From NCBI GenBank assembly GCA_963725865.1, contig CAVSAC010000010.1:192001-256000 (forward strand): a stretch of DNA of 64,000 nt, given 5' to 3'. Both the position numbers and the translations under genes were made by a program. The notes under the pieces are model-generated. The model did not search any database. It was not told where the DNA came from and saw nothing but the letters and a program-made list of their open reading frames with translations. Below, one piece after another: positions 10,608-22,431 of this stretch. How positions within the stretch are numbered: the stretch's first letter is position 1; every line of letters starts with the position of its first letter. Source of the stretch: Candidatus Eiseniibacteriota bacterium. GTDB lineage: Bacteria > Eisenbacteria > RBG-16-71-46.

Positions 10608-11389
10608 GCGCGGCCCTCGTTCCGCGTGCGCGCCCACAGCTCGGCGTACTTGAGGAACACCTGCACGGCGGCGAGCGCGCACAGCACCAGCCCGGGGCCG
10701 CCGTCGAGCACGCCGAGCTGCAGCACGTACTGGCGCACGAAGCGCAGCGGCGGGCGCACCAGCACGTCGAGCGGGCCCGCGCGCTTCCCCGCTCGCCACG
10801 ACTTCTCGGCGTTCGCCGCGGCGTAGCGCGTCAGCTTCGTGGTGCAGTCGGCCCACGTGCGGTAGCTGTGGTGCTCGAGCCGCCCGCCGATCCGGCCCCC
10901 GCTCCCGTCGACCTGGACCCGCTCGTGCACGACGGCGTCGTCGAAGCGCGCGCGATCGCGGCGGAACAGGCGCACCAGGTGCTCGCCGCGCCACCCGCAC
11001 CAGCGGATGCGGTGCCCGAGGAAGTAGCTCGCGCGCACGATCTGGTAGTGGGTATGCGGCGACCCCGCCGCCCGATCGGGGGCGGTGAGGTCGCGCACCT
11101 CGTGGATCGCGCGCGCGTCGAGGCGCTCGTCCGCGTCGATCCACAGCACCCACTCCTGCGTGCACTGCGCGAGCGCGAACCGGCGCTGCGGGCCGAAGCC
11201 TTCGAGCGCGCGGTCGAACACGCGTGCGCCCAGGCGCGCGGCCGCGTCGCGGGTCGCGCGGTCGCCGCGCGGGTCCCAGACCACCACCACCTCGCGCGCG
11301 AACGCGAGAAGCCGCGGAATCAGCTCCTCGAGATCGCGCGACTCGTCACGCGCGAGCAGCAGCGCCGAGATCGGGCGTCGATCGTCCAT
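10604..11389 (-). CDS. Glycosyltransferase family 2 (KdtX/WaaE-like)
   Basis: GFGPQRRFAL, WVLWIDADE, VHE, LEHHSY motifs. Confidence 0.88.
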   Translation of the reverse strand: MDDRRPISALLLARDESRDLEELIPRLLAFAREVVVVWDPRGDRATRDAAARLGARVFDRALEGFGPQRRFALAQCTQEWVLWIDADERLDARAIHEVRDLTAPDRAAGSPHTHYQIVRASYFLGHRIRWCGWRGEHLVRLFRRDRARFDDAVVHERVQVDGSGGRIGGRLEHHSYRTWADCTTKLTRYAAANAEKSWRAGKRAGPLDVLVRPPLRFVRQYVLQLGVLDGGPGLVLCALAAVQVFLKYAELWARTRNEGRA

Positions 11390-12390
11390 GGCTCTCGAGA
11401 TGCGCCAGCACGCGCGCCGCGGCCTCCGCCGGGTCGAGCGCGGGCATGCAGTTCCAGTGCGGACACGCCGTGCGGTCGCAGCCGCGGCACGGCAGGTCGG
11501 TCCACCACGCGGCGTGCGCCGCCCCGGGCGGATTCCAGGTGTCGGGATGGGTCGGGCCGAACCACGCGAACGTCGGCACGCCGAGCGCCGCGGCGACGTG
11601 GCGCGGGCCGCTGTCGGTCCCCACCACTGCGCCCAGCGCGTCGATCACCGCCACCAGCTCGCGGACGCCGCAGGCCGGCAGCCGCGCCACGCCCGGCGCG
11701 ATGCGCGCCACCGTGGAGTCCACCCGCTCCTCGCCCGGTCCGCTCACCAGCAGCACCTCCCAGCCGGCCGCGAGCAGCCGCCGCGCGAGCAGCCCGGCGT
11801 GCGAAGCCGGCCACGTCTTGGTCGGCCAGCTGCCGGCGGCCACCAGCCCGACCGTGCGCCGCGGCCGGCGCACGCCCGCGCGCTCCAGCAGCTCCCCGGC
11901 CCGGGCGCGCGCCGCGCCCGGCCACCACGAGACTGGCCGCCAGTCCATCCGCGACCCCGCCCGCCGCGATGGCCAGCCGCAGGTGGGTGGCCGCCGCGTA
12001 CTCGCGCCGGCCGGGCGCCGGGTCGAGTGCGCGGGCGACCCGGACGTCGTACACCGCACCGCGGCCGCGCAGCTCGTAGCCCGCGACGCTCGCGGCGCCG
12101 CTCGCGCGCGCCAGCAGTGCCGTGCGCGCGTTGCCGAAGAAGTCCACCGCCGCCCGCCAGCGCCGGCCCCGCAGCGCGGCGGCCAGCCGCAGCGTGCCGA
12201 CGGTGGTGCGCTCGAGCGGCCACACCCGGTCCACGAACGGCAGGCCCTCGAGCAACGGCACGTAGCGCGCCTCGGTCACCACCTCGAGCGGCGCATCGGG
12301 CGCGCCGCGCTTGAGCGCCCGCAGCGCCGGCGTGACCAGGACCACGTCGCCGAGCGTGCGCGGCCGGATCGCGAGCGTCCCGGGCGTCAC
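11346..12390 (-). pseudogene. Glycosyltransferase family 9 (ADP-heptose:LPS heptosyltransferase-like), split by a +1 frameshift near 11920 (likely sequence error)
   Basis: N-half (LGDVVLVTPALRAL...) is in ORF 11320..12390; C-half (TKTWP, DSGPRHVAAALGVPT, FGPT, C-terminal Cys cluster) is in ORF 11346..12059. Confidence 0.85.
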
Positions 12391-12454
12391 GCCGTCCTCG
12401 CGCCGCGTCGCATGCCGCGGGCCGCGGATCCCATGTGGCGCCCGCGCCCCGCGT

Positions 12455-13607
12455 TCACGCGCGCACCGCCTCGCGCCGGGCCGCCGCGCGCGCCCACGCG
12501 TCGACCTCCATCAGCTGTTCCACCGAGTCCACCGCCTGCACGTCGTGCGCCGCCAGCACCGCCTCGATCACCTCGGGGACCTGACCGAGCGCGATCGCGC
12601 CGTCGAGGAACGCGCCGACCGCGACCTCGTCCGCCGCGTTGAGCGCGCAGGGCGCGGTGCCGCCGACGCGCCCCGCCGCGAGCGCCAGCTCGAACGCCGG
12701 GAACGCGCCGCGGGCGAGCGGCTCGAACGAGAGCCCCGCGAGCGCCGTCGGCTCGAGCGGCCCCACCGCCGCGCTCCAGCGGGCCGGCCACGAGAGCGCC
12801 AGCTGGATCGGCAGGCGCATGTCGGCCGGCGCCGCCTGCAGGACGGTGGAGCCGTCGCGAAACGTGACCAGCGCGTGGATCAGGGCCTGCGGATGGAGGA
12901 CCGCGTCGAGCCGCTCCCACGGCAGCCCGAACAGCCAGCGTGCCTCGATCAGCTCGAGACCCTTGTTGAACAGCAGCGCCGAGTCGACCGTGATGCGCGG
13001 GCCCATGCGCCACACCGGGTGCGCCAGCACCTCCTCGCGGGTGGCCTGTCGCCAGTCCGGATGACGCCGCAGCGGGCCCGCCCGAGGCGGTGAGCGTGAG
13101 CCGCGCGACCTCCTCCGCGGGACGATCTCCCAGGCACTGCAGCGCCGCGCTGTGCTCGCTGTCGACCGGCACCAGGACGCCGCCGTCGCGCGCGCGCGCC
13201 GCGTCGATCAGCGCGCCGCCGATCACCAGCGACTCCTTGTTCGCGAGCGCCAGCCGGCGCCCGGCGCCGAGCGCCGCCAGCGACGGGGCCAGCCCCGCGG
13301 CCCCCACGATGCCGTTCACCACCGCGTCCGCACACGGGTGCGCCGCCAGCCACGCGCACGCGCCTTCGCCGACCCGCACGTCGGCGCCCGGCGCCGCCGC
13401 GCGCAGCGCCGCCAGGGCCGCCGCCGGATCGGCCGCCGACTCGAGCGCGAGCGCCTGCGGCCGCCACCGGGCGGCCTGCTCGAGCAGGCCCGCGAGCGCG
13501 CGCCCGGCGCCCAGCGCCGTGACGCTCAATCGCTCGCGCTCGCGCGCGGCGACGTCCAGCGTCTGCACGCCGATCGAACCGGTCGAACCGAGCACCGCGA
13601 TGCGCAT
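12455..13607 (-). pseudogene. dxr: 1-deoxy-D-xylulose-5-phosphate reductoisomerase with a +1 frameshift near 13075 (likely sequence error)
   Basis: GSTGSIG, LALANKES, PVDSEH and TASGGP are in one frame; HPVWRMGPRITVDSA, NKGLE and NAADE are in the next. Removing one C from GGG-CCC-G restores the frame. Confidence 0.93.
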
Positions 13608-13621
13608 CGTGCGCTCCTGGC

Positions 13622-14503
13622 TCACGGGATCCGGAACACCATGACCTTCAGGTAGTAGAAGATCACAGGGGCGGCGAAGTACAGGCTGTCGAAGCGGTCC
13701 AGGACGCCGCCGTGACCGGGGATGAAGTCCGAGGAGTCCGCCGAGAAGGCGTCGCGCTTGAGCAGCGACTCCACGAAGTCGCCCACCTGCGCGAACACGC
13801 CCGCGAGCAGCCCGATCGCCAGCGCGTCGCGCAGCTCGAGGAACGGCGCGAACCAGACCCGCGCGATCACCGCCGCCACCACCGCCATGCCCAGCCCGCC
13901 GGCGGCGCCCTCGACCGACTTGCGCGGCGAGATCGCCACCCACGGGCGCACGCGCCCGAACATCCGCCCGAACGCGTAGGCGCCGGTGTCGCACGACCAG
14001 GTCACGAAGAACGCGAGCAGCACGTAGCGGGCGCCGTCGCCGTACTCGGTCCCCGCCCGCCAGGGTAGCTCGCGCAGCATCACGAAGTGCGCCGAAAGCC
14101 AGCCGACGTAGAGCACGCCGAACAGCGTCACCGCCATGTCCTCGACGCGCTGGCGCGCCTCGGGCCGCCGCAGCTCGAACGCGAGCGTGAGCAGCATCAC
14201 CGCGGTGACCAGGAAGTCGACGTGCGGCCAGTGCGGGCGGAGCGCCCACCACAGCACCCCGAGCCCCGCGAGGTGCCCGATCGTGCGATAGGGTGCGAGC
14301 CCCTTGCGCCGCATCAGCGACCAGAACTCCGAGAGCCCGAGCGTGGTCTGGACGGCCACGAATGCCCACCACACCAAACCGCCCGCGCGGGCCAGCAGGA
14401 TCAGCAGCGGCACGAACAGCAGGCCGCTGGCGATCCGCAGGCCGAGCGACCACGACGAGGACTTGGCCGGCGGACTCGCCGCCGCGGGAGGTCCTGCGCT
14501 CAA
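13622..14503 (-). CDS. cdsA: Phosphatidate cytidylyltransferase
   Basis: DTGAY, SPRKSVEG, GDFVESLLKR, IPGHGGVLDRFDS; TTG start overlapping the uppS stop. Confidence 0.95.
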   Translation of the reverse strand: MSAGPPAAASPPAKSSSWSLGLRIASGLLFVPLLILLARAGGLVWWAFVAVQTTLGLSEFWSLMRRKGLAPYRTIGHLAGLGVLWWALRPHWPHVDFLVTAVMLLTLAFELRRPEARQRVEDMAVTLFGVLYVGWLSAHFVMLRELPWRAGTEYGDGARYVLLAFFVTWSCDTGAYAFGRMFGRVRPWVAISPRKSVEGAAGGLGMAVVAAVIARVWFAPFLELRDALAIGLLAGVFAQVGDFVESLLKRDAFSADSSDFIPGHGGVLDRFDSLYFAAPVIFYYLKVMVFRIP

Positions 14504-15243
14504 TCCACCCGCCCGAAGCGCCGCTCGCGGCCCTGGAAGTCCGCGATGGCGCGGTAGAGGTGCTCGCGCCGGAAGTCGGGCCACAGGGTGTCGGTGATCC
14601 AGAGCTCGGTGTACGCCATCTGCCACAGCATGAAGTTGGAGAGGCGCATCTCGCCGCTGGTGCGGATCAACAGGTCGGGGTCCGGGAGCCCGGCGGTGTA
14701 GAGGTACGATTCGACGAACTCCTCGTCGACGCGCCGCGGGTCGATCGACTCCCGCGCGGCGTCCCCCAGGATCCGGCGCACCGCGTCGGTCATCTCGGCG
14801 CGGCCGCTGTACGACAGCGCGAGGTTCAGCAACAGTCCGCTGGACGCCGCGAGGTAGTCCTGGGTCTCCTCGATCGACTTGCGCACCGGCGCCGGCAGGT
14901 CGGCGGCGCGGCCCACCACCTGCAGGCGCACGTTCTGCCGGCGCAGCTCCTCGCGCTCCTCGCGCAGCGTATTCCGGAGGATGGCCATCAGGGCACGCAC
15001 CTCGGTGGCCGGGCGGTTCCAGTTCTCGATCGAGAACGTGTAGAGCGTCAGCACCTCGACCCCGATCGCGACGCAGCCCTTCACCGCCTCGCGCACGGAT
15101 TCGCGCCCGGCACGGTGCCCCATCAGCCGCGGGACGCCACGGGCCTTCGCCCAGCGGCCGTTCCCGTCCATGATGATGGCGACGTGGCGCGGCAGATTCC
15201 CGCGGCGCTGCAGCTCCTCAGGCGTCGGTGTGCGGACCGGCAA
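14500..15243 (-). CDS. uppS: Isoprenyl transferase (undecaprenyl diphosphate synthase)
   Basis: HVAIIMDGNGRWA, FSIENWNRP, DLLIRTSGEMRLSNF, RRFG; TTG start after GGAGGAG. Confidence 0.96.
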   Translation of the reverse strand: MPVRTPTPEELQRRGNLPRHVAIIMDGNGRWAKARGVPRLMGHRAGRESVREAVKGCVAIGVEVLTLYTFSIENWNRPATEVRALMAILRNTLREEREELRRQNVRLQVVGRAADLPAPVRKSIEETQDYLAASSGLLLNLALSYSGRAEMTDAVRRILGDAARESIDPRRVDEEFVESYLYTAGLPDPDLLIRTSGEMRLSNFMLWQMAYTELWITDTLWPDFRREHLYRAIADFQGRERRFGRVD

Positions 15244-15296
15244 CGCTCCTCCCTGTGCCACCGCGGTCGGCGGCAGGCCGGGACGGACCCGGAAGG

Positions 15297-15857
15297 TCAG
15301 ACCTCCATGACCTCGGCGGTCTTCTTCTTCAGCAGCTCGTCGATCTGCTCGATGTAGCGGTCGGTGAGCTTCTGCACCTCGGCGACGAGTCGCTTCGACT
15401 CGTCCTGCGCGATGGTTCCCTCGGTCTCCTGATGCTTGACGTCCTTGTTGACGTCGTGCCGCACCTGGCGCACGTGGACGCGCCCCTCCTCGGCCAGCTT
15501 CGAGATCAGCTTGACGATGTCGCGACGGCGCTCCTCGGTCATCGAGGGGATCGGAATCCGGATCACGCTGCCGTCGTCGGTCGGGTTGAGGCCCAGCTCC
15601 GATTGCTGGATCGCCTTCGTGACGGCCTTCAGGAGGCTCTTGTCCCACGGCTGCACCACCAGCAAGCGGGGCTCCGGGGCCGTCACCGAGCCGACCTGAT
15701 TGATCGGCGTGAGCGTGCCGTAGGCGTCCACCTTCACGGTGTCGAGCAGGCCCGGGGACGCCTTGCCGGTGCGGATCCCGGCCAGCTCGCGGCGGACCGC
15801 CTCGATCTGCTTCTTCATGCGCTCTTCGGTGTCGTGCACGATCTTGTTGACGACCAT
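15297..15857 (-). CDS. frr: Ribosome recycling factor
   Basis: IRTGKASP, VQPWDK, TEERRRD; conserved position after pyrH. Confidence 0.97.
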   Translation of the reverse strand: MVVNKIVHDTEERMKKQIEAVRRELAGIRTGKASPGLLDTVKVDAYGTLTPINQVGSVTAPEPRLLVVQPWDKSLLKAVTKAIQQSELGLNPTDDGSVIRIPIPSMTEERRRDIVKLISKLAEEGRVHVRQVRHDVNKDVKHQETEGTIAQDESKRLVAEVQKLTDRYIEQIDELLKKKTAEVMEV

Positions 15858-15861
15858 GTGC

Positions 15862-16575
15862 TCACTCTCCCACGACGGTGCCGACCGGCTCGCCCTGCAC
15901 GACGCGCATCAGATTGCCCGGGACGCCGATGTTGAAGACCACCAGCGGCAGCCGGTTGTCCATGCACAGCGAGATCGCGGTCGAGTCCATGACCTTGAGA
16001 CCCCGGTTCAGGATATCGAGGTACGAGATGCGAGGGAAGAAGGTGGCGGTGGGGTCCGTCACCGGGTCGCCGCTGTACACCCCGTCGACCTTGGTGGCCT
16101 TCAGGATCACGTCCGCGCCGATCTCGATCGCGCGCAGCGCGGCGGCGGTGTCGGTCGTGAAGTACGGATTGCCGGTGCCGGCGGCGAGCACGACGATGCG
16201 TCCCTTCTCGAGGTGCCGCACCGCACGCCGGCGGATGTAGGGCTCGCACACCCGCGCCATCTCGATCGCCGACATGACGCGCGTGAAGAGACCCCGCTTC
16301 TCGAGCGCGTGCTGGAGCGCCAGGCCGTTGATCACGGTCGCCAGCATCCCCATGTAGTCCGCGCCGACCCGGTCCATCCCGCGCGTGCTCGCGGCGAGGC
16401 CACGGAAGATGTTCCCGCCGCCGGTCACCAGCCCGACCTGCACGCCGAGCCGCTGGACGTCGCGGATCTCGTCCGCGAGCGTGCCGATCACGTTCTCGTC
16501 GATGCCGTGGCCGGCGGCCCCGGCGAGCATCTCCCCGCTGAGCTTGAGCAGGATGCGCTGGTACCGCGCGGCCAA
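15862..16575 (-). CDS. pyrH: UMP kinase
   Basis: [31 protein letters not shown]. Confidence 0.97.
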   Translation of the reverse strand: MAARYQRILLKLSGEMLAGAAGHGIDENVIGTLADEIRDVQRLGVQVGLVTGGGNIFRGLAASTRGMDRVGADYMGMLATVINGLALQHALEKRGLFTRVMSAIEMARVCEPYIRRRAVRHLEKGRIVVLAAGTGNPYFTTDTAAALRAIEIGADVILKATKVDGVYSGDPVTDPTATFFPRISYLDILNRGLKVMDSTAISLCMDNRLPLVVFNIGVPGNLMRVVQGEPVGTVVGE

Positions 16576-16580
16576 GACGG

Positions 16581-17177
16581 CTACTCCTGGCCGAGCCGGA
16601 AGCGCGCGAAGCGACGGACGACGATGTTCTCGCCGGTCTTGGCGATCGCGCCCTGCACCAGGTCCGCGATCTTGACCTTGTCGTCCTTGATGTAGGGCTG
16701 CTCGAGCAGGCAGACCTCGGAGAAGTACTTGTCGAGCTTGCCCTCGACGATCTTGTCGATGATCGCGGCCGGCTTCTTCTGGTCCTCGAGCTGCGCGTGG
16801 TAGATCGCCTTCTCGCGCTCCAGCCGCTCCGCCGGAACCTCGTCGCGGCGCACGAAGTCGGCGCCCGCGGCCGCCACCTGCAGCGCGAGGTTGCGCACCA
16901 ACTCGGCGAACTCCGCCGTGCGGGCGACGAAATCGGTCTCGCAATTGACCTCGATCAGGACGCCGACCCGGTTGCCCGGGTGGATGTAGGACTCGACGAG
17001 GCCCTCGCTGGCGGCACGCTCGGCGCGCTTCTCCGCCTTCGCGGCGCCGGCGCGCCGCAGCGCGTCGACCGCCTTCTCGAAGTCGCCGCCGTTCTCCTGC
17101 AGCGCCTTCTTGCACTCCATCATTCCCACTCCGGTGCGCTCCCGGAGCTGTTTGACCTGGTCCGCGGTGATCGTCAT
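16581..17177 (-). CDS. tsf: Translation elongation factor Ts (short, 198 aa)
   Basis: [26 protein letters not shown]. Confidence 0.97.
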   Translation of the reverse strand: MTITADQVKQLRERTGVGMMECKKALQENGGDFEKAVDALRRAGAAKAEKRAERAASEGLVESYIHPGNRVGVLIEVNCETDFVARTAEFAELVRNLALQVAAAGADFVRRDEVPAERLEREKAIYHAQLEDQKKPAAIIDKIVEGKLDKYFSEVCLLEQPYIKDDKVKIADLVQGAIAKTGENIVVRRFARFRLGQE

Positions 17178-17262
17178 GGATCTCGGCTCCTCGGCTATGC
17201 GTCGCAGCGCCCGCCCGCGTGGGACCACGGGCGGGCGCCGATGGGTGCGTCGATGGAACGGC

Positions 17263-18033
17263 TCAGGCGCTCGCGGGAGCGGTCGCCGTGCCCTCGGCCT
17301 CGGCCTCCTCGCCACCGAACGACACCGTCTCCTGGCCCGAGCCGTCGCGAGCGGCGGCGTGGGCGTCGATGATGGTGTCCGCGGCGTGATGCGTGAACAG
17401 GCGGATGGCGCGCAGCGCGTCGTCGTTGCCCGGGATCGGATAGTCGATCACGGTCGGATCGCAGTTGGTGTCGACCACGCCCACGATCGGGATCCCCAGA
17501 CGGTTCGCCTCGGCGACCGCGATCTTCTCCTTCTTGGTGTCGACGACGAACAGGATCGAGGGCAGACCCGGCATCTCCTTGATCCCCGAGAAGGCGAACT
17601 CCAGCCGCTCGCGCTCACGCGAGAGCCGCGAGACCTCCTTCTTCGAGAGCTTCTCGAAGGTGCCGTCAGTCGCCATCCGGTCGAGCTCCTTGAGACGGGT
17701 GATGCTCGCCTTGATCGTGCGGAAATTGGTGAGCATGCCGCCGAGCCAGCGCTCGGTCACGTTGAACTGGCCGCAGCGCTTGGACTCCTCGACGATGATG
17801 GGCTTGGCCTGCTTCTTGGTGCCCACGAACAGGACGTGTCCGCCGCCGCGAACCACGCGGTCGATCGCGTTGTTCGCCTCCTGGAGGCACTTGAGCGTGC
17901 GCTGCAGGTCGATGATGTAGATCCCGTTCCGCTCCATGAAGATGAACTTCTTCATCTGCGGGTTCCAGCGGCGCGTCTGATGCCCGAAGTGCACACCCGC
18001 TTCGAGCAGGTCCTTCATGCTGATGTCCGACAC
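17263..18033 (-). CDS. rpsB: 30S ribosomal protein S2
   Basis: [29 protein letters not shown]. Confidence 0.98.
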   Translation of the reverse strand: MSDISMKDLLEAGVHFGHQTRRWNPQMKKFIFMERNGIYIIDLQRTLKCLQEANNAIDRVVRGGGHVLFVGTKKQAKPIIVEESKRCGQFNVTERWLGGMLTNFRTIKASITRLKELDRMATDGTFEKLSKKEVSRLSRERERLEFAFSGIKEMPGLPSILFVVDTKKEKIAVAEANRLGIPIVGVVDTNCDPTVIDYPIPGNDDALRAIRLFTHHAADTIIDAHAAARDGSGQETVSFGGEEAEAEGTATAPASA

Positions 18034-18046
18034 GACTCCTCCCTTC

Positions 18047-18134
18047 GGGGTTCTTCCTCCGCCCCGGCACCTGGTGCGCGCCTTCCCCCGCGATAGCTCA
18101 CGGGGACCCCGGCGCGCTGGCCGGGACGTGCGTG
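18047..18134 (-). promoter_or_regulatory. rpsB leader RNA (t44/S2-autoregulatory-like)
   Basis: Nested stems GTCCCGGC/GCCGGGGC, GCGCGCC/GGCGCGC and CCCCGTGA/TCGCGGGG; internal GGGGT complementary to downstream ACCCC; GGAGG..AACCCC ending. Confidence 0.7.
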
Positions 18135-18159
18135 ATGGTGCGGCCGCCGGACGATCGTC

Positions 18160-18555
18160 CTAGCGCTTGCTGAACTGGAAGCGCTTGCGGGCGCCCGGCT
18201 GTCCGTACTTCTTGCGTTCCTTCATGCGCGAGTCCCGCGTCAGCAGGCCCTCGCGCCCCAGGAGCGGACGCAGCGTCTCGTCGGACGTCACGAGCGCACG
18301 CGCGATCGCCTGGCGCAGCGCGCCCGCCTGTCCCGTCAGACCGCCGCCGTGACAGCGCGCGACCACGTTGAACTTGCCGGCCGTGTTCGTCACGGTCAGC
18401 GCGTGGTACGCCTGGGTCACCAGCGTCTCCCGCTTCAGGTAGTCGAACGGGGTGCGGTCGTTGATCGTGTGCTTGCCGTTGCCGGGGACCAGGCGCACGC
18501 GCGCCACCGATTCCTTGCGCCGGCCGGTCCGCGGCTTCTGGGTCTCTGTCGCCAT
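18160..18555 (-). CDS. rpsI: 30S ribosomal protein S9
   Basis: GRRKESVARV, GGGLTGQAGA, RKRFQFSKR. Confidence 0.98.
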   Translation of the reverse strand: MATETQKPRTGRRKESVARVRLVPGNGKHTINDRTPFDYLKRETLVTQAYHALTVTNTAGKFNVVARCHGGGLTGQAGALRQAIARALVTSDETLRPLLGREGLLTRDSRMKERKKYGQPGARKRFQFSKR

Positions 18556-18575
18556 CGTCTCCTCGCGCTGTGGGG

Positions 18576-19007
18576 TCACGCCGGATCCCACGCGCGCGGC
18601 TGCTGCGCCGCGTGCGGGTGCTCCGAGCCCGCGTACACCTTGAGCTTCTTGATCATCGCCCGGCCGAGCTTGGTCTTGGGCAACATGCCTTTCACCGCGC
18701 GCTCGATGATGCGCTCGGGGTGCTTCTCCATGACCTCGGTGAGCTTGGTCCAGCTGATCCCGCCCGGGTACATGCTGTGGCTGAAGATGCGCCGGTTCTC
18801 GAGCTTGCGCCCGGTCATCGCGACCTTCTCCGCGTTGATCACCACGACGTGATCGCCGGTGTCCATGCTGGGCGTGTAGATCGGCTTGTGCTTGCCCCGC
18901 AGCACCGTGGCGATCTGGGTCGCGAGCCGCCCGAGGGTCTTCCCCTCCGCGTCCACCAGCAGCCACTCGCGCTGGATGTCGTCCGGGCGGGCCGTGTAGC
19001 TCTTCAT
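18576..19007 (-). CDS. rplM: 50S ribosomal protein L13
   Basis: [28 protein letters not shown]. Confidence 0.98.
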   Translation of the reverse strand: MKSYTARPDDIQREWLLVDAEGKTLGRLATQIATVLRGKHKPIYTPSMDTGDHVVVINAEKVAMTGRKLENRRIFSHSMYPGGISWTKLTEVMEKHPERIIERAVKGMLPKTKLGRAMIKKLKVYAGSEHPHAAQQPRAWDPA

Positions 19008-19110
19008 GCCTTCCTCCGTCTGCACACGAGATGACGGTCACCCCAGCCCGGCCGCAGGAACCCCGCGCCGGATCGTCTGGAGCACCGTCGCTATCCGTAA
19101 GAAACGCCGG

Positions 19111-19140
19111 AGACTAGCAACCCCCTCGCGGGGCTGTCAA
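19111..19140 (-). promoter_or_regulatory. sigma70-like promoter of rplM-rpsI
   Basis: TTGACA-N18-TAGTCT with an extended -10 TG. Confidence 0.7.
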
Positions 19141-19175
19141 GGTGCGGGGCCCGCGCCGGATGGGTCCCCGCGACC

Positions 19176-19772
19176 TCAGACGAACTCGCGGAGCAGCGCC
19201 CGGAGTCGGGCGAGCGGCAGCCCGACCACGTTGGCGTAATCGCCGTCGATCGCGCGCACGAATTGCGCCGCCACGCCCTGGATCCCATAGGCCCCGGCCT
19301 TGTCGAAGGACTCCCCGAGCGCCACGTACGCGGCGATCTCGGCCTCGGCGAGCCGCACGAATCGCACCCGCGTGCACTCGGCGGCGGTTCGCTGCTCGCC
19401 GTCGCGGACCACCGCGAGGCCGGTCCACACCTCGTGCGTCCGCCCATGGAGGCGCCGCAGCATCTCGATCGCCTGCTCGGCGGTGTCCGGCTTGCCCAAC
19501 CGGCGGCCCCGCACCACCACCACCGTGTCCGCTCCCACCACCACGCTGCCGGGCCGTCCGGCGGCCACCCGGCGCGCCTTGTCGAGCGCGAGCGCCCGGA
19601 CACCGTGACGCGGCTCGGCCTCGCCCGGCCAGCGACGGTCGGGCCCCGGGTCGGCGATCGTGAAGCGCGCTCCCACCTGCCGCAGCAGAGCCACCCGCCG
19701 TGGCGAGGCCGAGGCCAGCACCAGGGGCGACCGCCCCGCGAAGAACACCTGCGCCGCGCTCGCGCGCTTCAT
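19176..19772 (-). CDS. maf: Maf family nucleoside triphosphate pyrophosphatase
   Basis: LVLASASPRR, GADTVV, LGKP, DKAGAYGIQG, NVVGLP. Confidence 0.95.
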   Translation of the reverse strand: MKRASAAQVFFAGRSPLVLASASPRRVALLRQVGARFTIADPGPDRRWPGEAEPRHGVRALALDKARRVAAGRPGSVVVGADTVVVVRGRRLGKPDTAEQAIEMLRRLHGRTHEVWTGLAVVRDGEQRTAAECTRVRFVRLAEAEIAAYVALGESFDKAGAYGIQGVAAQFVRAIDGDYANVVGLPLARLRALLREFV

Positions 19773-20226
19773 CCGGCCTCCGCGGCGGCGCGCGGACTCT
19801 CGATCAGCAGCGTCACCGGACCGTCGTTCACCAGCTCCACGCGCATGTGGGCGCGGAACACGCCGCGCTCCACCGTCACGCCCTCGGCCTCGAGGGCCGC
19901 GCAGAAGCGCTCCACCAGCGGCTCGGCCTGCTCGGGGCGCGCGGCCTGCACGAAGTCGGGCCGCCGGCCGCGCCGCGCGTCCCCGTAGAGCGTGAACTGC
20001 GGTACCACCAGCACGCCGCCGCCGACCTCGCGGACGTCGCGGTTCATGTGCCCGGCGTCGTCGGCGAACACCCGCAGGCCGGCGACCTTGTGCGCCAGCC
20101 ACTCGGCGTCGATCGGCCCGTCGTCGTGGGTCGCTCCCACCAGCACCACGAGCCCGCTCGCGATCGAGCCGGTGACCCGGCCCTCGACCGTGACGCTGGC
20201 GCCGGCGGCGCGCTGCACCAGGGCCC

Positions 20227-20230
<4 letters not shown>
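19769..20230 (-). CDS. dtd: D-aminoacyl-tRNA deacylase
   Basis: RALVQR, PQFTLY, NDGPVT. Confidence 0.96.

Positions 20231-22427
<2,197 letters not shown>

Positions 22428-22431
<4 letters not shown>

Noticed and set aside
13060..13085. Programmed ribosomal frameshift in dxr
   Set aside because: No recognisable slippery heptamer or precedent; a homopolymer sequencing error is simpler.
12387..14453. 688-aa ORF resembling a Dxr fusion
   Set aside because: Only 13607 to about 13075 is Dxr; the rest is off-frame cdsA and post-frameshift sequence.
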